This document shows positions 51,837 to 63,774 of a DNA stretch of 64,000 nucleotides, piece after piece. The stretch spans positions 1 through 64,000 of the forward strand of contig JBHGNT010000005.1 in NCBI GenBank assembly GCA_043228905.1, given 5' to 3'. Position 1 is the first letter of the stretch, and each line of letters opens with the position of its first letter. The translations under genes were made by a program, and so were the position numbers. This DNA is from Azolla caroliniana (taxonomy: Eukaryota > Plantae > Polypodiophyta). The notes below the pieces were generated by a model. It saw nothing but the letters and a program-made list of their open reading frames with translations, was not told where the DNA came from and did no database searches.

Positions 51837-52852
51837 TTGGAACCTCGACGTGCCCAAGCTGAACTTACAATTGGAACCTCGACGTGCCGATCAACCAGTG
51901 CATGGTGCCTCTTGTGCTGGATTGAAGAAGGAGATCAACAATGCTTTCAGGTCACTTAAGGACGATCATCTGATGCCCACTCTCCGGAATTTGGAAGAGT
52001 GGTCACGTTATCGGGGTACAGAAAGATATAGGAGGACTTTTGTCACAAGCCATAGAAATGGAACTGATTGCTAAGGTGAAAGTACCCCCAAGAAAGACAT
52101 GGGTGTATCTACCTGCGAATGCCCAACTTTGGCATTGTGTGGATTTAAATAATACGCAACATAACTATTCTGGTAGGACCTGGAAGAGGCTGCGCCAATA
52201 TATGCTAGATGACAAGGAATGAGAATTGTTTTCAAAATCACAGACCCGGTACGTGGGGAAGCCACTTTCTCTTTGTCTTTTGTTGTGGTACGACATCTTT
52301 TGTATTAGATAGGTTCCTAATCACTATGGTGGAGTTCTTTTTTAAGTGGGATGAAATGTGTGCAGATACGAAGCCGCTCAAATTCTAAAGAAATCTGGTA
52401 TCGCGGTCATCAATGGCTTTTCGTTGGGTGAAACTCTTCACTTCCTTTATCTATTGAAGAACAGGAGTTGGATTTCGTTTCACAAAAGCGATTGGATTCC
52501 GTTGACTAGAAACTTGGAAAGGATTTCCAGTTCGGGAATGGTAGATAACAATCCTACAAAGAAAGGACAAGGAAAAGGCATGACCAAATTTATATCCTTT
52601 AAAGAAGAAATGATGGTGATTCTACGAGCTTGGATAATGATAACGGTGAAAGGGAATGATGGGTATGACATTTTCTTGATACGTAGAAATTTTTTGCTGG
52701 AAACTGGACGTCGTCTTAACTTGCGACGTCTAGGCTATGAGTCACTAGGGGCCCTCATCCGCAATGAGTTGTCGGATGTAGTGACTATGAAACAATCAGT
52801 GCGTTGCAAGAACGTTTGTTTGATATGGCCTACCCGCCGTAAAGGGAATTAG
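51837..52852 (+). pseudogene. 5'-truncated pseudogene paralogue of the OHA-LOTUS gene
   Basis: Colinear with 55249-56274. It has a 2-bp deletion near 52017, a TGG>TGA change at 52220-52222 and the same intron (52249-52365). Exon 2 (52366-52852) remains open. Confidence 0.85.
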
Positions 52853-53674
52853 ATATAACAAGAATATATGACCACGCATATGTTTACCATGGTTTGTGCA
52901 ATGCCTTGAAAGATTTGTCTCTCAACAGCTCGACATGAAATATGTACCTACAATGTGAGTATAGTACACCTTTTTAGCTTAGCCTGTATTTTTTAAGATA
53001 TTTGAATGCTTGTAACTATCAGTTTTGCCTTCTGCTTAGTTAATGATGAAATTCGTCTATCCACTCTTCTTGAAACATGCTTGTTTGCTTCCATGCCTCT
53101 TGGAATTGTAGACCTTAGTTAATTGAATCTGAGTTTTGTACTTGCATTTTGTTAATTTTGTTTGAGTTATTAGGTAACCAATAAGTGTGTGCTTGAAGTT
53201 GTTATCTTCATAGGCAACAGTAACCAAGACTAATGGGTGGCCTCAGCCATGTTTTTTCCCAAAGTCATAGGAATCAACCTCACAATGAGCTACCTTCTAT
53301 TCTCTAGCAAAATCATTAGATTGTGGGAAAAGATGTCTTCCATATTTATAATGAACGACTATGAGTTTTTATGCAACGAAATCAAAACTAGAGAATATGA
53401 TCATATAAAATTATGGTTTATTGCCAAAGTTATGTCACTTGTGTTTTGCATGTCCGCGTCGAGTACTATATAACATTTCAAAACTAGTTGAGCTCTTTAG
53501 TTCTTTGCCATTTGATTCTCATTACGTTATATAACATACATTGACAGATATTTCTTCACATCCACAGGGAGTCCAATATTTGACCCATGAGACCAAACAA
53601 ATGGTTTTTCCTTATTGCACTTTGGTTTTTCCACAAACGTTTTAAGAAGATTTAACTGCCATTTTTCCAGATGT

Positions 53675-54129
53675 AGATGATACGTTCGAAGAAGAGAAGT
53701 ATCGAGACATGCATTTATGTCCATTTGAAAATGTGCATGAGGAGTTTTGCTGCATAATAGAGGATACATTGCTGTGATGTAAGAATAAGCGGAATAACGT
53801 CAGTTTTTTTGATATCAACCTATGTTTTATGCAATGATCAAATTTTGTGCTAGTGTTAATATTTCACATGTGACCTATGTTAGAGCTGGCACCTGGATGG
53901 TACCATCATGAATGTAATAGATATGCATTTTGGTCATCCATACGACTACATAAAATTAATGGAAGATCAAAGCAGTGAACTTTGGCAATTAGCTTATGTT
54001 TTAACATTTTTGCTCTTTGTTTGCTTTGAAGTGCTACCTTTTTTGAATCCTGCAACTATGCGAGTGGGAGGATGACATGTAATAATTGCTAATTTTATAG
54101 GTTGCTCAAATGTGAATGTTAATATATAC
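53675..54129 (+). repeat. More diverged third copy of the 5600-6068 intergenic segment
   Basis: Colinear similarity to 5600-6068 and 58425-58870. Confidence 0.8.
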
Positions 54130-55072
54130 ATGTGAATGATAATCAATATATACAAACTTATCATTTGAGGATTAAACATGGTCATTGTTGCTTTTCATTC
54201 TAGCAACCCATATTGTTCCAAGGATATCAGGATATTGTTTTTATTATTATCTAAAAACTACTTTATAATAAATGGTTGTAACAGAATTAATGAATTGACA
54301 AGGATAACTCTTATGTTATGTTCAAAGGCAATATTATTCTCACATGGTGATGGCACCAATTAGAAATAAACTTTCCACATTTATAACTTAAATCTATCAC
54401 ATATCAAAATCGGTTTATTGTGGACAATAAAAATACATCTATTTGTTGACAATTGGTTTTGGGGAACACCATTGAAAAGTACAAGTGAATGTTGGGAATT
54501 CAAAGCAATGTGCACGTACGAACATTATAAAACCACAAACAGCTCTATAGACAAAAGTAAACTACAGCGTACTAGATGCAAGAGGTTGTTACGGTCATAT
54601 CAAACTCTTCTCATGAGGCTGTATGTAGTCGATTGGTGGCCTTTTAGTTAGTTAGTTGGTAACAGTCAGTCAATTGGTTGGTTAGTCTCTCTTTCTTTGG
54701 TGGACGGACGGTACCTCCTTCTTAAGGATATGTATGTATCGAGATAGATACAACATGTATGTGTACATCCCAGCATTCATTCAAGAAGCCGGCGGCCCTC
54801 TCGCCCTCTCCTAAATATATTTATGTATCCTAGCAATTCAATCAATCATATATGCACGTAGTGCCGATATCATTGCTTCTTTTCCAGCAGCCCTCTCTCT
54901 CTCTTTTGTGTTTGGAATGAATGAGTGAGAGAGAGAGAGAGAGACCGAGACGGCGACCAGATATACATACTATGTACATGTCTCTTTTCCTTCTTCTTTC
55001 TATACATCCAGTGCTCCAGCCTGCCACCTTCCCGCCTCATCATCAAAGACTGTAGAAGAAGGCCTCCTGGCG

Positions 55073-56274
55073 ATGGGGAAGAAGATCTCAGTGATGTGGG
55101 ACGTCGGGAGCTGCCCTGTTCCGGCGCAGGTAGCGGAGCACCCTCACGCCATTGCCCAAAACATAAGGTCCGCCCTCATCTCTTCCACTCTGGAGTTCAA
55201 CCAAACTTCTGTGGATGTCGATGTCTTCGGCGATACTGAAGTCTTGCCCAAGCCGAACTTACAGTTGGAACCTCGACGTGCCGATCAACCAGTGCATGCT
55301 GCCTCTTGTGCTGGATTGAAGAAGGAGATCGACAATGCTTTCAGGTCACTTAAGGACGATCATCTGATGCCCACTCTCCGGAATTTGGAAGAGTGGTCAC
55401 GTTATCGGGGTGGACAGAAAGACATAGGAGGCCTATTGTCACAAGCCATAGAAATGGAACTGATTGCTAAGGTGAATGTACCCCCAGGAAAGACATGGGT
55501 GTATCTACCTTTGAATACCGAGCTTTGGCATTGTGTGGATTTAAATAATACGCAACATAACTATTCTGGTAGGAGCTGGAAGAGGATGCGTCAATATCTG
55601 CGTGATGACAAGGAATGGAAATTGTTTTCAAAATCACATAGCCGGTACGTAGGAAAGCGCTTTCTGTGTGTCTTTTGTATGTGAGTAGTTCGCAGGATAA
55701 CTCGATGCGCGAGATCTTGTGTTTTAAATAGGTTGTTAATCACTATGGTAGAGCCTTTTTTTAGTTGGGATGAAATGCGTGCAGATATGAAGCCGCTCAG
55801 ATTTTGAAGAAATCTGGTATCCCGATCATCAGTGGTTATTCGGTGGCAGAAATTCTTCACTTCTTTAACCTGTTGAAGAACAGGAGTTGGATATTGTTTC
55901 ACAAAAAGGATTGGGTCCCATTGACTAGAAACTTGGAGAGGATTTCAGGTTCAGGAAAGGTAGGTAACACAAGTACGAAGAAAGGACAAGGAAAAGCCAT
56001 GTTCAAGTTTATATCCCCTGAAGAAGAAATGATGTGGATTCTACGAGCTTGGATAACCAAAAAGGTGAGAGGGAATGCTGGCTATGACATTTCCTTGATA
56101 CGTAGACATTTTTTGCTGGACACCGGACTTGAACTTGACTTGAAAAGTCTAGGCCATCAGTCACTACTGGCCTTCATCTTCGAGGAGCTGTCGGATGTAG
56201 TGACTTTAAAACCATCAGTGCGTTACAAGAACGTTTGGATGATAAGGCCTGTCCCAGTTAAAAAAGGTAATTAG
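55073..56274 (+). CDS. Truncated-NYN / OHA / OST-HTH(LOTUS) domain protein; 2 exons, 353 aa
   Basis: Exons 55073-55644 and 55785-56274 (GT-AG, 1062 nt open). The N-terminus ISVMWDVGSCPVP..HPHAIAQNIRSAL..VFGDT resembles the start of plant NYN domains. The middle LKDDHLMPTLRNL...LWHCVD...SRYEAAQILK...W..H...W.PLT resembles the OHA-containing C-terminus of At3g62200-type proteins. The C-terminus GYDISLIRRHF..TGLELD..LGHQSLLAFI..LSDVV resembles OST-HTH/LOTUS. Domain calls are from motif recall. Confidence 0.75.
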
Positions 56275-57630
56275 ATACATAGGAAATGTATATCCACGTG
56301 TATGTTTACCTTGTTTCGTTCACTCTCTTGGAAGATTATCGTTCAGCAGCTTCGACATGAAATACCTACAATGTGAGAATATAATTCCATAGTAGCATAG
56401 TCTGTATGATTTTAGTTATGTATATACACGCTTGTAACTGTCAGTTTTGCCATCTGCGTAGTTAATTAAAGGATTCGTGCATCCACATTTTTGTGAGAAA
56501 TAGAAAATATGCTTCAACATTTTTGGATTGAGCTTTGTATCAATCACGCAATGAGCTCATGCACATACAAATGTAGGCATCTTAAAAGGCAATAAAGTGT
56601 ATTCATTTTGTAATGTAATGGCTCTTTCGTATTGGACCAGTGGCTCAATATCTTAGCATATGCAAGAAAATTAAACTTCAGAGACATTTGATATCATCAA
56701 AGGATTCATTATACTTCAGTGATATGTATTCAATCTTTTTCATTTTGTATCTATGTATATTGAACCAGTGGCTTTATATATTAGCACATGCAAGTAAATG
56801 AGACTCTAAAGACATTTCTTGGAAGCTTCAAAGGATTCATTGTACTTCACTGATATGTATTCAATTTTTTTCTTTTCATATCAATATTTCATTGCCTGCA
56901 TGTATGTGTATAGGCATGTATTAAGTATGAATGCCTGCCTGGATGGCTAAAATGATTTTGATGCGATACTTTTGGTATCATTTTTCTTACCTAGTTATAG
57001 CAACACCCATTCACTTTGAGTTGGCCAATTCTTGGTTGTATTTGTATCTTAAATGATGAAAAGAGTGTTCTCTCTATTTGTATGATTCCCCACCGGATTT
57101 TAAATTATGTTGCTCCTGTTTCAGATAATATTAATGTGAGTTTAATAACTATGTCATTATTGCTGGTATAGTTATTTTATCTGGGCAATGCATGATAAAT
57201 AAGGCAACTTAAAACTGACGATACAAATAGATGCTTGATTTTCTTTGTTCTTCATTTTCAGTTTTGGAGGAACTCGTCTCTTCTTCTTTTGTTTATATGC
57301 AGTTATATGTAAATGTGTGTTTGTGTGTGTATGTGTATACATAATACAAGAACATACAATGCATCATTAAAATCTAATTAGCAAATATGAAAGTCAAACA
57401 TGAAATCTTACATCCGAATCATAAACAAACAGTATATTCTGTAACATGTTGGCCGAGTTCTCATTGATCCCATGATGTTTTGTTTATAAAAGTCAAGATC
57501 TAGGTTAATATTAAAATCTCCTCTCCATCATTTTAAAATAGAAGTGGATAGCATAACTAAATGAAGTCCTTTTTTCTCACAAAAAGGTGACTTCCAGAGC
57601 GAAAATAACATTTCAAATGTCTTTTCTCAG

Positions 57631-57807
57631 TGCCAGGTTCATTCTCTTGGCGGATACGATCGGCTTTATTAGGCTCGGTGTTGGGTGCTACATTTGGTAT
57701 ACCTTTAGGTGAGTGAGCCGTTTTGATATCGTTTCGACAAAAAAATGAAATGATTGATTTTTATTTTTAATTTTGAGGAAATTATATTGTCCTAAAAGTG
57801 TTGGATA

Positions 57808-57838
<31 letters not shown>

Positions 57839-58045
57839 AGATATAAACATAGATATATGCTTATATGATATTAAATTTGTTTATGTCCATCAGGCTTTCT
57901 TCAAAGTACCCTCAATACACAATTAGAGAGGATGAATGTAGTTGATATGCATCCATTGGGGCAAAAGCAAGAGGACGCTGGTGTGCCACATGACTCAGTT
58001 GGCGATGTGATTGAACGTCTCGAGAAGAGAGTTTCTCGAAAGTGA
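57631..58045 (+). pseudogene. Orphan exons 4-5 of the TIMMDC1-like gene (57631-57708, 57894-58045)
   Basis: These match 4841-4918 and 5070-5221. The duplication breakpoint lies in intron 3, so exons 1-3 are absent. Confidence 0.9.
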
Positions 58046-59609
58046 AACTTCCTTTAATAGGCAATTGGAGGTGTTGTTCCTCAATACTAAATAAAGAGTG
58101 TTAGGGTCTTAACAGGATGTAGTTAAAAGGCTATTTACTTTTATCGTCCAAATTTCCCCTAATGCTAATCTATTCTATGGTTAAACCTTGCATTTGGGTC
58201 CTATTTTTTCCCTATTGCTAAGCTTTCCAAGGATGCACTATTTTCAAAAGGTCATACAAGTTTTTAATGAAAGTACTTGATGTGACTCGTGATCAGACCT
58301 ACAAAGTAACTATATCTTCCTCAGAGATACACTAATTTATGCTTTGAAAATTATGATTTTGTTATTCACTTATTTGAAAAATATGTGATATTTTTGTCAG
58401 GGAAACCATCCTTATTACACAGAGATGATATGTTCGAAGAACAGAAGTATCAAGACATGCATTTATTTCCATTTGAGAATGTGAATGAGGAGTTTTACTT
58501 CCTAATAGGGGATCTATTTCTGTGATGTAAGAATAAGCGGAATAATGTCAGTTTTTTTTATATCAACCTATGTTTTATGCAATGATCAGTGCTACTGTTA
58601 ATATTTCATATGTGACCTATGTTAGAGCTGCCACCTGGATGGTACCATCATGAATGTAATAGGTATGCATTTTGGTCATCTATACGACAACAACATAAAA
58701 TTTATGGAAGATCAAATCAACGAAATTTGGCAACTAGCTTATTTTTTAACATTTGCTCTTTGTTTTCTTTTATGTCCTACCATTTTTGAACCCCCCAACT
58801 ATGTGATTAGGAGGATTACATGTAAGGATTGCTAATTTTATAGGTTGCTCACACAGCAACGTTAATATACCATCGTCATAGTCATCATCTCTCAGATACA
58901 AATAATTAAGAAATTGAGGTGATTAGTAGGTAATTCTTGACATTGAGGAATTAATATGCCCACCAATCATGTGTTGGTGATGCGCGCAAGCTTGTAGCGA
59001 CAAAACATAAGAAATGAACGATGACCTTTTGAGCATGTGGTCATGAGCATCTCCAATCTCGGAATGAGATGAAATACAAGAGGAATTTGGGAATTGCCAT
59101 TTTAGAATTAAAGTCACGAGTCTTTAATTGGTAATGCATTTGGAGACAAGGAGTCTAGTGATTTACACAAAGATACACCACCTCAAAGATCGATGGATGA
59201 AAAACTTGTGCAATTGTGTCTTTACCGTCCTACAAAGTCTATGGTTTAGAAGACATTGTGCAATTATTTTGTGTCTCTACTACAATCATGGGGGTGGGGA
59301 ACTAATGATGATAGATACAAAAACGGCTGCATGCTAAAGGTTTATGTGGAGCGAACACTCTATGACAGCAGGAGGCGATTGTAAGACATTTATATGGCGA
59401 TCAATGATGTCCATTGGGTGAGGTAGGCTCTCTTGGTGAGTCCTCCTGTCCATCTATCCATCCATCCGAGTATGTGTATGTGTGTTTTGTCTTGTCTTAT
59501 GTGGATGCAGTGCAGAGTGAGGTGGGGTAAGAGAAAGCAAGAAAGATATATTAACGTCTTCTAAGACCAACATTGGCCCAAGAGACTAATATATATATTA
59601 GATGTATAG

Positions 59610-59669
59610 CATAGGATTCGAACCCTATACCTCCGCATTAGTAATTTGAAGCCTTACCGCTATACTAAC
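59610..59669 (-). other. Duplicated tRNA-derived A/B-box element
   Basis: Copy of 6807-6866. Confidence 0.55.
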
Positions 59670-60014
59670 ACATCATGAGAATCAAGCAATAGATAGATGC
59701 AAGTATAGATCTATTTATACAATATAGACGGATCACAGTCAGAATGTTGTGTAGGAGAGGCATTTATACGACGTATAAAAAAGGCTCGCTACGACGATAG
59801 AAGAAGAATCAGAATTAGCCGAGATCGAGAGAAGAAGCAGCAGACTAAAGGAAGGAGAGAGAGCGAGCAGTCGAAATCGAGTGGGAATAAGACCGACAAG
59901 AAGAAAGAAAGCCTGTCAGAGGATCCAGAGAGTAGCAGCAGAAGAAGACCAAGAGGAATCAGCCGAGAGCAAGAGAGAGAAGAAGAAGAAGAAGTAAAAA
60001 GAAGGAAGACGAAG

Positions 60015-60171
60015 ATGCAGGATGTTGGACTGGAAGCGAGAGAAGCTGCAATTCGAGAATTGGCCAAATTGTTGCCATCTCCTTCCTCGTTGTCTTCCAT
60101 TGCTTCTATTCGATCTGATTATCTTCAACGCCTACAGGTAAAGAATTCATCATTCCGCACATATATGTACA

Positions 60172-60207
<36 letters not shown>

Positions 60208-63200
60208 ATTGCCTTGTTCTTGTTAACTTGAAATATGGACCTTTTCATAATCATTTGTTTCTCACACAGACGTATATGCATTTTCTATTTCCTTTTCTGT
60301 GGAATTGTGGTTCTTGTCATTACCATTTATTGCACATATACATTGATTCTTCTTCTTTTTCTCTAGAATTGTGTTTTTTTAGCAGTCATTCATTTCCATA
60401 AATACATATATTCTTGCTCCCTTGGAATGTGGTTCTTCTGGTCATCATTCATTAACATATAGATAATTGACCTTTTTCTTTCTTTCTGCGTCCAATCAAA
60501 TGTTGTTCTTTTCACCTTTGATTGATCCATTCACCATATCTTGTGTTCTGATCCTTCAGGCCAATGATTCTCAGCTCAATACAAGTGTCTCGACTCAGGT
60601 ACTGCTCTTCTTGTGAATGGAGTGAAGAAGCTTTTAATGAAATGAACAAACTTCAAAGACAATGACTAGTAATGAAAGCTGGTGAAAACATTGATACAAA
60701 GTTCTCCTTCTACTGCATAATAAATTTAGAACAAACTCTATGCATATAATTGGATTCACAGAGTTACCCAATTACATCTATTTTGCTGGGAAATTTCTCT
60801 TTACTTACTGGCGGATTGTTTCCTTGTCATGCATGAGTTAATAGGAAAATATGAGAAAAGTATTACATACATATGCATACTTAGGCCTTATTAGTCATTA
60901 GAGAAGCTATAACTTGACCATTTGGCATAAGCTCTCTAGGCAGCAGTATCAATCATTAGAGACAAGAGATATCAGCCTTTTGCCATATGTTCTCCAGGAG
61001 TTCGCATGATTCAATAGAGAAGCTAGAGGTGGGCCATTGGGTGTAGTATGAATCACTTGAGAACCTATATATTGGCCATTTGGAATGTGGTCTCTAGGAT
61101 GTCTGCGTCACTAGAGAATCTAAAGATTGTCCATTTGGTGTAGGATCTCTAGTATGTGCTTTTCATTAGAGAAACTAAAAATTGCTAATTCTGTCATAAT
61201 ATGAATCATTTGAAAAGCTAGACCATAGCCATTTAGCATGTGGTCTCTAGGACATGTGAGCCATGAAGATTAGAGATTTGGCATTGTCTGCATCATATTG
61301 AAGCTAGATATTGGGCATTTAGCATATGATGTTTAATAAGATTAAGTTGCCGGAGCAGCTAGAGACTGGCAATGTGCTGTAGTAAGTATGTATCATTAAA
61401 GCAGCCAGATATTGGCCATATGGTCTCTAGTATGTAAGAGTTATTAAGGAAGCTAGAGTATTGCTATTTGGTGTATACAATGAGATTGGATATAGAAAGG
61501 GACTACCGCCTTTTGAGCACAACCATTAATATATATGCTCATCCTTGGTCATTAGAGATGGGTGCTCCTGCTCTATGATGATAACGGTGGAAGAAATGGT
61601 CTTGTAGATGCAGCTCCAAGCCCATGGACGTTAATTATGTCTAGGTCTATTATATGATATATATAAGACTCAGAGCAGGTGACTTGTCTCAGGTCAGTTG
61701 TTGGTTGGGTTAGTGAGTATTTAATTTGGGTTCTATCCTTTCATAAATGTTTGGCTAATTGCTCATTTAATTACTTGATTCAAAACGCATTGCTACCATA
61801 TAATTAAAAACATCTAGTAAAAAAATTAAAATTATGTGCCACTGTTTTCTATTAATAATATTTGTTCACGGGAAGCTCAAAAATGTAAATTTTAGTGAAT
61901 GAGGGTTATCTTTTTCCTGTCAATCATCAGCAGTTCATATAATTTCGAAACACTGGAAATAGGATAATAGTTGAGATGCATGAAAGAGATGGATAGACGT
62001 CTATGAAGATCCTGAAAAGTTGTGCTAGCCATGCAACTAGCTGCATAGAAACTTTTTGCTATTTCTTTTTATTACAACATCCATTCACGATGTAGCTCTT
62101 AATACTGTGATTTGTGTTGGTCAATTGCCTTCTTATGCCACTGTGACTTTTGCTTGAGGGATTTGGTATTCCTAGGCCTGTATTTATTAAAGGGCTTAAT
62201 AAGTCAAAAGAGGCTAAGCACCTAAAAAGTCAAGTGATGTTGAAGATTTTAGATCAATTTTAGATGCTATAGCTAATTACATGATGATAACTAGTTTCAG
62301 GACTTCGAACCCAGAGATTCCAAAAATCCCAGATGGAAGTTTACCTGGTCTCTAGCTATAGCTATTGTAAGCTGGTGCTCTTGAGCTAGCGAAAGATAAT
62401 AATATAACTCATAAGAAGGATTTAACAGTCTTTTCTTGCTCATTCTATTGGTATCCAAATTAACTATATTCATGGAGAAATAAAAAGGCATTTGGAATTA
62501 GGCTTGTATAGCATAGAACTCACAATGTCAAGTGAATGCAGTGAAGGCTTGCTAGGAATAAAGGAATTGTCTGCCTTATCCTTCTTCTCGTGAGGGTTTT
62601 AAGTCGTAAATATTCCTGTAAAGTGCAGCAGCATAGTAACATGGTCAGATGTAAAAATCAGTATTTGGTTGTTGGGGAAGAGGCAGATTTGAGAGTCTTC
62701 TAAAACCATTTCACGTTGGGGCAGTTTTCCAGTTCACATGCTTGAAAACTATGCATATTTTAATATTCTTGGGATTTGTCATTTGCACTGAAATTCGTTG
62801 TCTGGATACACTGCAAGAAAACCTGAATTCATTGCCTCCGATGGTGGTGTCTTGGTTTGAGCATTTTCTTCTTGGAAATTCTTTAAGCGTGTGAATTATT
62901 TTTAGATTCTATCTGCATTTGTCTGCTTGGTTGGTTTTTTATTCCTAGTTTATGACCATTATGCATAGGTGGAGCAAGCAAGATCTGGAATTGAAGCTCT
63001 TAATACTTCCCAAATAACAATCACACAACTGCGAGACAATTTCACTTTCATTGACAAGTAAGTCTTATAGATCCTTGGCAGATTATGTTCTGTGATCTTA
63101 AACACTGTAAAGGAAACATTCCAACCATCCAAATTATGAAAACCAGAGTTTATTAAACCAAGGAACACCATTACAGAAGGATAAACTAATCTTCTGCGTG

Positions 63201-63774
63201 GAAAGTTTTTGATTTCTTTATTTTATTGCTATGCTACTTGTTGAAATTCAAAAATTTAACGTGATTGTATGTGTTATGTTTTGGCTGTAATTTTTGCAAT
63301 TCAGTGTTAAGGGCGGATTGTCAATCTTTTAATGATCAGAGTGGCATATATAGACTGTGTGCTCACATTTAAGTTTGGATTTTTATAATTCCATACTCTT
63401 TGACTCTTATTTCCCATTGGTCCATGGTTAATCTTTTATGGTCAGAATGGCATATACTTCTGTAAATTTTCCTGTTACGGCCACGTAAGCACACACTTCA
63501 AGTTGAATGTTTGTAATTCAATAACGTTGACTTGCAATTGCCTATTTATGCACAGTTAATCTTTTCATGGTCAGAATGGCATATAAAGAACTTGTTTTGT
63601 AAGGTTACCTTTTTGTTGCTACATTAGCCACTTATAACCTGCATATCATCTTTTAATATGATATTGTAATTTATCCTTTTCAGGTTATGTCAGGATTGTC
63701 AGTCACTGATTGATCATCATGATCTTATTAAGCTGCTAAGTAATGCAAGGAATAATCTGAATACTACATTGAAG
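60015..63774 (+). CDS. SEC6: Second SEC6 copy, exons 1-4 (partial, continues past the window)
   Basis: Exons 60015-60137, 60560-60598, 62969-63057 and 63684-63774 have intact splice sites and frame. They differ from copy 1 by V16L and A80T plus one silent CAA/CAG change. Confidence 0.9.
60890..61480. repeat. Duplicated copy of the SEC6 intron-2 minisatellite
   Basis: Colinear with 8060-8650. Confidence 0.75.
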
